Shown here: in pieces, positions 16,883-26,000 of the stretch
How the letters are laid out: each line of letters opens with the position of its first letter
How positions within the stretch are numbered: the first letter of the stretch is position 1
Source of the DNA: a virus
Direction: 5' to 3' (one strand)
IMG/VR virus record: IMGVR_UViG_3300037722_000226
Location: 1-64,000 of that record
Length of the DNA stretch: 64,000 nt
Position numbers and translations under genes: made by a program
Notes under the pieces: generated by a model
Seen by the model: the letters and a program-made list of their open reading frames with translations, nothing else
Database searches by the model: none
What the model was told of the DNA's origin: nothing

Positions 16883-16986
16883 TCCACCCGATTTGGCTAT
16901 TCCCGGCATTCGCAGCCGGGTACTGTGTTGCGATGTGGGTTGCGACCAGGGCCGTGCGGAAGAATGCACGGAGCAAGGAGCTATGA
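16879..16986 (+). CDS. 35-aa single-TM peptide
   Basis: Hand translation: MIHPIWLFPAFAAGYCVAMWVATRAVRKNARSKEL. ATGA overlaps at both ends (16879-16882 and 16983-16986). Confidence 0.4.
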   Translation: MIHPIWLFPAFAAGYCVAMWVATRAVRKNARSKEL

Positions 16987-17306
16987 CGATGCAATTCAAG
17001 TGTAACTGTTGCGGCAAGGTCGAGGACATCGATCAATGGGGCGCTGGCGACGGCGCGAGCGTGTCGAACAGCGGCGATCCGCCTGATCGCTGGCGGACGA
17101 TCTTCACCGTCATCGAAGAGCACGACGGCAAAGGCGGGACATCCACGTCGACCGGCGAAGTTCTGCACTCGTGCGACGACTGCAACGCCTACATGACCGT
17201 GGAAGAGCATCTCGAAGCCGAATTCGAGGGCCGCAAGCTCAAGATGGAGACCCCAGCGGCGGAACGCGCTAAGCCTCCGGCGGCGTCGCCCGAATCTCAA
17301 GATTGA
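16983..17306 (+). CDS. zinc-ribbon-like protein (107 aa)
   Basis: ATG at 16983 after AAGGAG. Carries CNCCG ... CDDC. Its end overlaps the minus late block convergently. Confidence 0.55.
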   Translation: MTMQFKCNCCGKVEDIDQWGAGDGASVSNSGDPPDRWRTIFTVIEEHDGKGGTSTSTGEVLHSCDDCNAYMTVEEHLEAEFEGRKLKMETPAAERAKPPAASPESQD

Positions 17307-17631
17307 TCGTTCCCCAGAACCGCCCGTTTGTGTGCTCCTGGTCCCACAGGAACACATGCCCTTCACATCGGCCGTCCGGCGGCGGATCATCGATGCCAGC
17401 AAGATTCACGCGCACAACTGTCGTTTGCCGACCGCCGAACACGGCGGGATATTGCAGATCGAACCAATCCTCCTGACCTACACCGATGCTCGATACTGTC
17501 TGATCCACCATGCCGGAGCGCTTCAGCACAAGGTCGCATCGCTCAACTCCGGTGCTCGGCACGAGCACGTCGTTCTCGAGCAGCGCAAGCTCGATGATCG
17601 AGTCTCTTCCTCGGACGATGATGCTTAGCAT
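17269..17631 (-). CDS. tail-cassette protein, paralogue of the N-terminal domain of 20965..21720 (120 aa)
   Basis: Alignable by eye: SIIVRGRDSIIELALLENDVLVPSTGVERCDLVLKR versus SVLVRGHDSIVEILLLEDGIPVDSTGVERCEIVFKR. Confidence 0.65.
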   Translation of the reverse strand: MLSIIVRGRDSIIELALLENDVLVPSTGVERCDLVLKRSGMVDQTVSSIGVGQEDWFDLQYPAVFGGRQTTVVRVNLAGIDDPPPDGRCEGHVFLWDQEHTNGRFWGTINLEIRATPPEA

Positions 17632-17645
17632 GGCTACACCCTATT

Positions 17646-18626
17646 TCAGAGCTTGAAGTTGACCGCCCACGCGCGGCCGCTGCCGCCGCCCGTTAAGGCG
17701 TTCATCTGGATCGCGGCCGGCGTAAGCGTAACAGTGTTGTAGACCTCAAGAGCAGCAGTAGTCCCTGGCCCCCAAGCGATCTGCCGGAGCTTGATCGGAA
17801 AACCGCCGCCCTTCTTCCCTTGTGCCATCAGCTGCGGCGCGATGAACCATGCCTTTGCCTCCGACGTGTCGGTCAGTACGTCGTTGACTCCGACCACCTG
17901 ATTTGCCCAAACCCCGCTCGGCCTGAACGCGATGAACCAAGGCCGCTCAGTGCCATCGTACCGCGTTCGCAGGCAAGCCTGATTCGCGGCTCCAGGCGTC
18001 TGCACAACGGTAGTAAACAACAAACACCCGGTTCCGGTGTTTGATCCAAATGAGGCAAAATTAGTGTCCGCAAAGACAGCCCCATAAACATCATCGATCT
18101 CGTCCACGACTAGATCGCCGAATCCGTATACGCAGCAAGGAACCCCTGCAGGGTTCTGTGTGCACACGACTAAAGCCTCTTCACTGTCGAAATAATAGGG
18201 TACGAAGCTCGCGGGGTAAAAAGACCCCGCAGCGATGCCTGACGCGACCTTCGTACAGCCCGTGTCATCGCCCAGGATCGTGCCACTCGCCGCCGCCAGG
18301 TTCGATGGCGTGTCGACGTTGCCCGCCGGAAACCACGCGCCGTAAATGTTGTTAGTCGTCGGCGATTGGTCAAGGATCGCTGCGTTGTTCGCGGCCGGGC
18401 TAGAGGTCCATACCACGAAAAGTATCCGGCCCGCAGATGCGTCCTTACGCTTGAGCACCAGATACATAGGCGTCGATGAGTCGTTCAGCGACGCGACTTC
18501 CCATTTAAAGTCCGCATCCCCAGAATTCGACGCCACGAGCGCCGCTAAGTCGGTCAAAAAGGTCACGTTGGTTGTCCCTGTTTTCGTGCCAAGGCCACTC
18601 ACGTGCCACGTCAATGTCGCGCTCAT
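17646..18626 (-). CDS. tail fibre / receptor-binding-like structural protein (326 aa)
   Basis: Full ORF, Gly/Thr/Ser/Asn-rich, at the distal end of the late operon. Confidence 0.55.
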   Translation of the reverse strand: MSATLTWHVSGLGTKTGTTNVTFLTDLAALVASNSGDADFKWEVASLNDSSTPMYLVLKRKDASAGRILFVVWTSSPAANNAAILDQSPTTNNIYGAWFPAGNVDTPSNLAAASGTILGDDTGCTKVASGIAAGSFYPASFVPYYFDSEEALVVCTQNPAGVPCCVYGFGDLVVDEIDDVYGAVFADTNFASFGSNTGTGCLLFTTVVQTPGAANQACLRTRYDGTERPWFIAFRPSGVWANQVVGVNDVLTDTSEAKAWFIAPQLMAQGKKGGGFPIKLRQIAWGPGTTAALEVYNTVTLTPAAIQMNALTGGGSGRAWAVNFKL

Positions 18627-18641
18627 TGAAGATGCTCCTGC

Positions 18642-19955
18642 TTATACGTACTCGATCTCTGCCCAAGTCGGCGCGATCGAGCTGAAAGGAAATTCCTGTA
18701 AAACGTGCGTCGTTGGCACAAGTGCCCACTCGGCGTCGATCTCGAACCAAAGATTCTCGTCCGGTTCAGGCGCCGCCGTGACGGTTAATGTGAGCACCCC
18801 TGACGTGCCACCGCCTGGACCTGGGCTGACCACAGTGACCTCAATCGTAGCAGGAGCAGTAATCGCCGTGTCCGGCACGGTCGCTTCCAGCTCGGTCGAA
18901 GAAATATAGGTGGCCGAAAGAGGCTCTCCGTCAAGCTCGACTTCGGAGTCCTCAATGAAGCCCGTGCCGGTGACGGTGAGCGTGAAGGATTCTCCACCCT
19001 CTTCAATCTCATCCGGGTCGATCGATGTGATCACGGGCACGGGATTGCCGACCACAATCATGAGCGGCAGCGCGTCGGAAAGCCCGCCGCCTGGCGTTGG
19101 CGTGAATACCCGCACAGCACGGATCGCGATGTCCTCGAGCGCTTCAGGCGGTACGGCCGCGGCAAGCTCTTCACCAGAGACGAACGTCGTATCGAGATCA
19201 ACGTCATCCAGCCGTACGACAGAATCGGCAAAGAAGCCGGTCCCAAATACCTCGAGCATAAAGCCATCGCTGCCTAGCGCGACGACAGACGGATCAATGG
19301 CGACCAACGTCGGAACGGGCCGGCCAGGCTGCGGCTGTCGCCGCGCGAACCGCCACTGGAACCGCAAGAAGCGGTTCATGCCGACATTGTAGAGCTGCTG
19401 GTCAGCGAGATCGTATTCCGTGCCGCGTACCGTAATAACACCGGATGCCAGCTCTCTCTCGGTGAGAAATCTCTCCCGCTGCTGCCGGTAGTAGAGCGCG
19501 TCCTCGCGCATGTACGTGAGGATGATGTCGGATGCGCCAGCTTCGGTGCCGGCGACCTCTCGCTTGTCGTCGAGCGCGCAGCGGGGCGTGATCGTGCCCA
19601 GATCCAGCGGCACCGTCACGAGACCTGGGACAGTCGGGTCGAACCAGCGATAGAACGCTTCGCCGATGTTCGTTACCCATACCAGAAACCACTGCATATT
19701 TTGGTCGAATGTGAAGCCAAGCTCGTAGACGCTCGAGGCCGAATGAATCACCGTTGATGCAACGTCAGGAGCATCGACGATGAAGTCGCCCAGCTCCCAT
19801 CGGCAGCGCCATATCTTGACGCGGAGACCCTGAGAAGGATCGTTGAGCGCGATGCCTCCGTGATCGTAGTCGACGAGTCTCGCCCGGAAACGATTCCGCG
19901 GCAGTAGGAATTCGTTTGGGTAAGGCTCGGTCGATAGAGTGTTCTGGGGAAGCAT
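18642..19955 (-). CDS. tail protein with tandem IPT/TIG-like Ig domains (437 aa)
   Basis: ATG at 19953-19955. Three repeats of the pattern P.I..IDP....GG..F.L.V.G.GF...S.V..D...L....VS..EL.A.VP. Confidence 0.6.
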   Translation of the reverse strand: MLPQNTLSTEPYPNEFLLPRNRFRARLVDYDHGGIALNDPSQGLRVKIWRCRWELGDFIVDAPDVASTVIHSASSVYELGFTFDQNMQWFLVWVTNIGEAFYRWFDPTVPGLVTVPLDLGTITPRCALDDKREVAGTEAGASDIILTYMREDALYYRQQRERFLTERELASGVITVRGTEYDLADQQLYNVGMNRFLRFQWRFARRQPQPGRPVPTLVAIDPSVVALGSDGFMLEVFGTGFFADSVVRLDDVDLDTTFVSGEELAAAVPPEALEDIAIRAVRVFTPTPGGGLSDALPLMIVVGNPVPVITSIDPDEIEEGGESFTLTVTGTGFIEDSEVELDGEPLSATYISSTELEATVPDTAITAPATIEVTVVSPGPGGGTSGVLTLTVTAAPEPDENLWFEIDAEWALVPTTHVLQEFPFSSIAPTWAEIEYV

Positions 19956-19966
19956 ATCTTTCCTGC

Positions 19967-20968
19967 TCAGGCGCGCATCCACGCATGCCTGAACGGCAGT
20001 GCTAAAACCTTGGTGCCGTCCTTCGCAATCGGCGGATCGAACGAGACCTGGAAGCTCATCCCGGCCGGCGCTGTAGTGCACATGCGCGTCCGGATCGCGC
20101 TGATGGTGACGTTTCCTTCGCCAAGGCCAGCTAGCAGACTGTAGTCCCGTCGATACGTGCCGTTGCTGTATGCGGAGTTAACGGTCCCGCCCATGTTGGC
20201 AGAGCCGCCTGCTGGTGATTCGGTGACTGCTCCGATCGCTCCGTTGTACGCGACATGATTGCCGGCAAGAGAGCTGCTGCCTCCGCCGCTAAATGATGAT
20301 GCGACTTCGCCGCCGACACCTGATACCAGCCGCCAACCAATCTCAGCACTATTCGTCACGTTAGAAGCTCGCATGACGATGGCATGCGCGGTCGGCACCC
20401 CGCCGATGTCGATGTCGATTTCATCTTCAAAGTCGACACTCGGCGCATAGCAGATGAGCTGATAGGTGACGTCCAAGAACTCGTCGGACGCGACCGGAAA
20501 CACGGTCGGCGAACCCATTTCGTCGCGGATCAGCTCACGACTGCCAAGCAATGAGCCTGTCCATAGACCCACACCCAGCTCCGCAAGGTTGCCTTCAGCC
20601 ACACCCTCGTTGAACCGATAAACCCAAGTCTTTGCGCAGCCGTAGGGCGGATCGCTGAACGTCTCCAGGTTACTGCTCTCAATGCTCGATGAGGTCGCAA
20701 TCTGCGCGACAAGGGCCGTCTGCTCAACGCTCGGGGCTGTATTTGAAGTGCCCACCGCGCATCCGATGTGCGTTGTACCGCCCACGCCGATTCGATCGAG
20801 TAGAGCGTTGAGTATCAGATTATCGATCCACGGCGTCTCTCGGCTGCGGCCGTATTTAGTAAATGCACGCAGTTTGAACCGGCCTTTCACGCCGGTCCTA
20901 AGTACGAGCGCACTCCTTGGCTCGATGATCTTGACCCTAGGTACCAAAATGCGCGGCGTGTCGGTCAT
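19967..20968 (-). CDS. tail fibre-like structural protein (333 aa)
   Basis: Full ORF, Gly/Ser-rich, coupled to the upstream gene. Confidence 0.55.
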   Translation of the reverse strand: MTDTPRILVPRVKIIEPRSALVLRTGVKGRFKLRAFTKYGRSRETPWIDNLILNALLDRIGVGGTTHIGCAVGTSNTAPSVEQTALVAQIATSSSIESSNLETFSDPPYGCAKTWVYRFNEGVAEGNLAELGVGLWTGSLLGSRELIRDEMGSPTVFPVASDEFLDVTYQLICYAPSVDFEDEIDIDIGGVPTAHAIVMRASNVTNSAEIGWRLVSGVGGEVASSFSGGGSSSLAGNHVAYNGAIGAVTESPAGGSANMGGTVNSAYSNGTYRRDYSLLAGLGEGNVTISAIRTRMCTTAPAGMSFQVSFDPPIAKDGTKVLALPFRHAWMRA

Positions 20969-21720
20969 GTCAAGCTGCCTCCTGAAAGAATCTGTCCGGT
21001 AATGTCGAGCGCTTCTGGTTCAAAGGCGTATGTAAAGAGCGCGACCCGCAGCGCGCCGCCATCCAATATCTCGCCGTCGATCTCAAGCACTTCTGGCTCG
21101 TAGTGATCGTAACTCAAGAGCGCGACCCGCAGCGCGCCGCCAGATAGAACCATGCCGCCGATATCCAGCGCTTCGGGCTCGTAGTGATCGTAACTCAAGA
21201 GCGGCTGAGCAAGCGCGCCGCCCGATAAGACCATACCACCGATGTCGAGCCCTTCGAGCAACACAGGCCAAAAGGCTCCTGGCAGGACCACGCCACCGAT
21301 GTCGAGCCCTTCGAGAAGCTCGAGAGAGTATGGATGCGACGTGAGAATCAGCACGGGATCGCCGCGGATCTCGACGTCGTAATATCCCCAGAGCCGGCCG
21401 CTGATATGCTCCAAGTCCCAGATAAAAACGTGGCACTGCCAGCGACCGTTGGCCGGCGGATCGCTCAAGTCGCGGAAGTTCGCCCGAATGACGGTACGAG
21501 CTTCGCCGTTGATGATGAGCGGATACTCGAAGTCGAACCAGCTTCCCTGTCCGCTGTCAGCGCTCGAGATCGTGACATCGGCTGAGCCGGGCCGCTTGAA
21601 AACAATCTCGCAACGCTCTACTCCGGTGCTGTCGACGGGAATGCCGTCCTCGAGCAGCAATATCTCGACGATCGAATCATGACCGCGGACTAAAACGCTG
21701 AGCTTCCGCTCTAGCGGCAT
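20965..21720 (-). CDS. tail-cassette protein with C-terminal 27-aa tandem repeats (251 aa)
   Basis: The N-terminal domain is a paralogue of 17269..17631. The C-terminus repeats LLSYDHYEPEALDIGGMVLSGGALRVA. Confidence 0.65.
   Translation of the reverse strand: MPLERKLSVLVRGHDSIVEILLLEDGIPVDSTGVERCEIVFKRPGSADVTISSADSGQGSWFDFEYPLIINGEARTVIRANFRDLSDPPANGRWQCHVFIWDLEHISGRLWGYYDVEIRGDPVLILTSHPYSLELLEGLDIGGVVLPGAFWPVLLEGLDIGGMVLSGGALAQPLLSYDHYEPEALDIGGMVLSGGALRVALLSYDHYEPEVLEIDGEILDGGALRVALFTYAFEPEALDITGQILSGGSLT
21037..21330. repeat. 81-bp in-frame tandem repeat (two near-identical copies plus diverged copies)
   Basis: Copies start at 21037, 21118 and 21199 (period 81). The first two are nearly identical at their ends: gagcgcgacccgcagcgcgccgcc...ggctcgtagtgatcgtaactcaa. 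Confidence 0.8.
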
Positions 21721-21721
21721 G

Positions 21722-21931
21722 TCACTGCCCCAACGAAGATCGAAACGTCGTCTTGATCCCGAGCCGGCCCTTGTAGGTGAGCTTTACCTGCCCAGCCTCT
21801 ACAGACGGCACCACGCCGCCCACGACGGCGAGAGCGACGGGCAAGTCTACCCGGTTGCCCTCCGCGGCGTGGAGCGTCGGCGCGATCCCCTGAGCGCTCA
21901 GGGACGCGACAGGGAGCCGAACTGTGTTCAC
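21722..21931 (-). CDS. hypothetical small structural protein (69 aa)
   Basis: GTG at 21929-21931 in the frame of ORF 21722..22180. The upstream part is Arg-rich and overlaps the preceding gene. Confidence 0.4.
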   Translation of the reverse strand: MNTVRLPVASLSAQGIAPTLHAAEGNRVDLPVALAVVGGVVPSVEAGQVKLTYKGRLGIKTTFRSSLGQ

Positions 21932-21942
21932 CTGGAGATCAC

Positions 21943-22410
21943 CTAGACCTCCGGCGCTTCCAGCTCGAGCAGGCCGGCGGCGTTGATCTCGAACGTGAGC
22001 AGGTTCCCGTCGAGCGTGGTCACGTCGGCAGGGGTTTCGTCGAGCAGTCCATAGCAGAGCAGTGGGTCGGCCGGCGACGTCGGCGTGTCGTCGTATATCC
22101 ACCACCACCGCGCGACGAGATTGCCGCCGTCCGCCTCGAATTCTGGATCGTCGCACTGGAACGCTTGCGTCGCCGTCCACGGCGATCCATCAGGAGCGAC
22201 GGCAACGCCCGTCAGGGTTTGCCGCGCATAGCCGTTACCAGACAGCTCGTTCGTGATGTGCGCGAGCAGCGAATGCAAGCTCTGATTTGGCGTGTAGCTC
22301 GACGTCGACAGGCCCATGACGAACGTGTCGCTATCGACATCAATGCGGCCGGTCCACAGGTAGTGGAGCGCCGAGTAGTACCAGTTGATCGTCCCGGCAG
22401 AGATGGCCAT
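21943..22410 (-). CDS. virion structural protein (155 aa)
   Basis: Full ORF with Trp/Tyr-rich composition. Confidence 0.6.
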   Translation of the reverse strand: MAISAGTINWYYSALHYLWTGRIDVDSDTFVMGLSTSSYTPNQSLHSLLAHITNELSGNGYARQTLTGVAVAPDGSPWTATQAFQCDDPEFEADGGNLVARWWWIYDDTPTSPADPLLCYGLLDETPADVTTLDGNLLTFEINAAGLLELEAPEV

Positions 22411-22634
22411 TACGGAGTCTCCTGCATCAGTTCATCGTGCTCCATTTCCAGATGCGTCACGCGCGCGATATCGTCCTGGATCGAAGACTCAAGCTCCGTC
22501 ACGTGCTGCCGGCGACGCGCGATGCGGATGTGCATGTCTCCGATCAGCCGCTCGAGGCGGGGCAAGGCACGCTTTCGGCCGGCGCGCGATTCCGGCACGC
22601 TGTCCATCGGTACTGCAACATCGCTCATGGTCAT
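22410..22634 (-). CDS. hypothetical coiled-coil protein (74 aa)
   Basis: Full ORF, overlapping its neighbours by 1-4 nt. Confidence 0.5.
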   Translation of the reverse strand: MTMSDVAVPMDSVPESRAGRKRALPRLERLIGDMHIRIARRRQHVTELESSIQDDIARVTHLEMEHDELMQETP

Positions 22635-23074
22635 GGCATCGTTCTCCCTTTGCGCTCGAGCTTGGTGATAAACCGCACGGCCCGGCGGATGACTTCGGCA
22701 ACCTGGATCGCCTCAGAGGCTTCCATCTCGATCGCGCTGGTGTGCTCCTTGAATTCAAGCTGAACCTTGCGCTGCTGGGTGACGTCGACCTTCATGGGTA
22801 GATGGTCTACGCCGGGCGGCACGGTGAGCACGCGCAGGCGCGCGCGGGCGAGGACCGCCATCCCAGCCTTGTCGAAGCTCTTGGACAGCCGCTCGGCCAG
22901 CTCAAGCGGCAGTATCAAACCGCCGGTCGCTTGCTGCAGCTCGAAAACCACCTTGCCGGTGTCGAGGTTCGCGTTCACACGCAGCGTCGGCGTCTCCGGG
23001 AGCTGCCTCTTGACGCCACGCAGACGGTCTGTGACCGCACGAGTGAAGCCGTCCATTGATGCCCCGATCTTCAT
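22631..23074 (-). CDS. hypothetical protein (147 aa)
   Basis: ATG at 23072-23074 in an ATGA overlap with the stop of the giant ORF. Confidence 0.55.
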   Translation of the reverse strand: MKIGASMDGFTRAVTDRLRGVKRQLPETPTLRVNANLDTGKVVFELQQATGGLILPLELAERLSKSFDKAGMAVLARARLRVLTVPPGVDHLPMKVDVTQQRKVQLEFKEHTSAIEMEASEAIQVAEVIRRAVRFITKLERKGRTMP

Positions 23075-26000
23075 TGTGGTGCCAACTTGCGACGTTCCTC
23101 CGCAACCTTGAGCCGCTTCCTGTTGATCGTTTCGACCTCTGACATATAGAACTCGAGGTCGATCCGGCGCCGCGTGTAGTCTCGTGCGAGCGCGTTGAGC
23201 TGCGTGTTCAGCGCCCGCTCCACGGTATCGAGCCGGTTCATAGCATACTGCCGATTCAGCGCAACGTCGTGCGGTTTGAGCTTGAGCCCGATCGAGCTGC
23301 TGATCGCAAGCGGCACACTGTACTCCCGCATCATCGGGTCCAGCTCGCCGGTCCAGGCCGACATGATCTTGCTGAAGTACCAGCTCCCAGGAACCCACGG
23401 AGCGGACGGCGCGGCCGACTTCCAAAGGAAATTCGCCACCTTGGCGGCCTTCTCGCCCCCAGAGTCCGTCAGGTCATTGGTGATTTCGTCGCCAGTGAAG
23501 CCCTGCTTATTGAGCATGTACTCGGCAGCGATCATCAGCGGGCCGCCGAATTGGAACGGCGCCGGGATCGGCAGCGCGCTCGAGCCCTGATTAAAGTCGA
23601 AGATGTCGCCGGCCGGGATATACCGCCGCGTGTCGAGAAAAATAGGATTCCCCCAGGCATCGTTGAACGGCGTGCGCAGCATGCGGTAGACCCCGACCCA
23701 GCTACGCCCGCGCTCTTCATCGCGAAGCGTCGCGCGCTCTTCATCCTCGTCGTCGAGATCGCCAGCGATCAAATAGCCGAGCGTGTTGAGCAGGTACGCG
23801 ACCGTGAAATACTTCGCGAGTTTCCACGGCCGATCGGCAATGGACTCGGCCACGACCGGCACGGCTCGGTAGGTATACGCGATGAACGGCAGCACGGTTT
23901 CGCGCAGCGCGTTGATCCACGGCGCACGGATGTCGTAGTTCAGAAATTGGTCGCGCGCGGCGATGGCTGCTCTGTCCGGCGTCATTCCCAAGCTCACCTT
24001 TCGCATGTAGGTCGCCATACGAAATATCTCGTCCTCGAGCCGATAGAGATCGAGACTCTTCTGGTCGGCATTCTTGATCATGCTCAGCACGCGCGTCATG
24101 ACTCCCCAGAGGCCCGTGCGCGACTCGGCTAGGTTCTGGCCCTCGATCTCTGCGAGGATCGGCTTCAGCACGTTGTCGCGGATCTCTTGCGAAATGACGT
24201 CGGCGCCGAAAGCGCCGTGCTGCAAGGCTGCTTTATAGTGCTCGTCCTTTTCTATGAACGATCGTAGGCCGCCAACGAAGTCACGCAGCCGCACGTCGGC
24301 CATGTCCATGAGCAAGATGTTGCTCATGATGTTATTGAAGTGCACGACGGGATTGCGGGCAGTTTTATTTAGCTTCCACTGCTTCATGACTTCGCGCCAG
24401 AACCCGGCCTTCTGCATCCGGCCGATCTCCACCATGTCGCGCCAAATCTCCGACCGCACGTACATGCCGGCGAGCGCGCCGTAGCGATAGGTGTTCGATT
24501 TCTCGATCTTCGTCTCGGGCACGCGGACCCAATCGGCATCGGCGTACATCCTGAGCCGGCTCTCTTCGGCGTTCGGGCTGTCGCCAGTCGGGTCCGTCTT
24601 GCTTGACCACTCAGGATTCGATGCGATGTCGTGGAAAAAGCGCCCGGATGCCAAGTCATGCGCCATCTGCTGATAGGTTTTCGCAATGGCGTAGCGCGCA
24701 TCGACGATCTCGCCCATCTGCTCGCGTTCTTCGGCCGTGAAGTCGCGCCACAGCACCAAATTACCACTGCCGACGTCGCGAACCTGAAAGATCCCGCGGT
24801 TCTCGAGCGCCGCGAACTTCGCCGGGACGGCAAGGTCGGCCGGCCAATAGATGCGCTGAAGCACGCGCTCTTTGATGGTCTTTGGCACGATGCCTTCGGC
24901 GTCTGACGTGCCTGCACCGGGCGCGCTTACGCGATCGAACACGCGGAACTTCGATCCGAGCAGCGCCGTATCGGGACGCCCCTTATGCTTTTTCCGCCCC
25001 CACCAATCCTCGGGAGCGTCGCTCAGAACGCGGTCCATGCTCTTCTTCAGGAAGATTCCGCGACCCTTGAACTGGTTGCCGATGATGCGGCGGCGGCGCT
25101 GCGTCATCACGTCGCTGGCGAACTTCGCGAGCGACGTGCGATTGGCCTCGTGATGCTTGTACGAGCGATGCAGATACGCGCCGCGGTTGCGCTCGTAGCT
25201 CTCAGCCGAGATCAATCCCAGCTCCACGGCTTCGGCGCCCATCGCGTCGATCGCCGCGCGGATCGGCACGGCGAGCCCGGCCATGTGCGAGTCCGTGACC
25301 TCTCCGCCGGTCAGCATGCGGTGCATCGTCTCAGCTTCCTTGCTGCCTACCCCTTGGTTCATGAGATCCGTCAGCACGTCCCGGCCTTCCATAAGCATCC
25401 CGCGCTCGTCAGCCTGGCGCTTGATGTCCCGCTCGACGTACTCCTTGGCGAGCCCGTAGCGATCGATCAGGCCGCGCTTGGCGGTCTCCATTGCGTGCGT
25501 GAACTTGTCGTCGATGCCGTACTTCTGAACCATGTCGCGATGCACCATGCCGGCCGTGTGGCGCAGCCAGCGAAACCGCGGCGTCTGCATCATCGCGCGC
25601 GCGTTCGACACGGCGTTATTCGCGAATGTCTTGTAGGGTTGATGGACCTTGAACACGCCCAGCTCGTTGGTCGCGCCGAAGATCGCGAACGGGGCACGGA
25701 ACAGACGATCTAGCGGCTGACCCTTGCCGCTCTTTTGCAGCAATCCATCGGCGCCGACGAGCACGCCGCGGCCGACCGAGGCCATGAAGCTCTTGCTGCG
25801 CTTCACGGCTTCTTCGCCGGCCATCAAGTTAAGCTCTGCGTCGCTGGCCGGATCGGTGAGCATGTCCACGTCGCGACTCGCTTGCATGGTCTGCGCATGG
25901 ATCGCGTCATTTTCGACAGCCGTGATAGCGCTGTCGTCGATCTTCTTGACCGTGATCAGCTCGTCATTGAACACGACGAAGTTGCGCGTGGTGCGCTCGG

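Noticed and set aside
17330-17357. A hairpin just downstream of the plus-operon stop (TGTGTGCTCCTG...CAGGAACACA) could be a bidirectional terminator.
   Set aside because: The stem is bulged, there is no U-tract, and it lies inside the coding region of 17269..17631.
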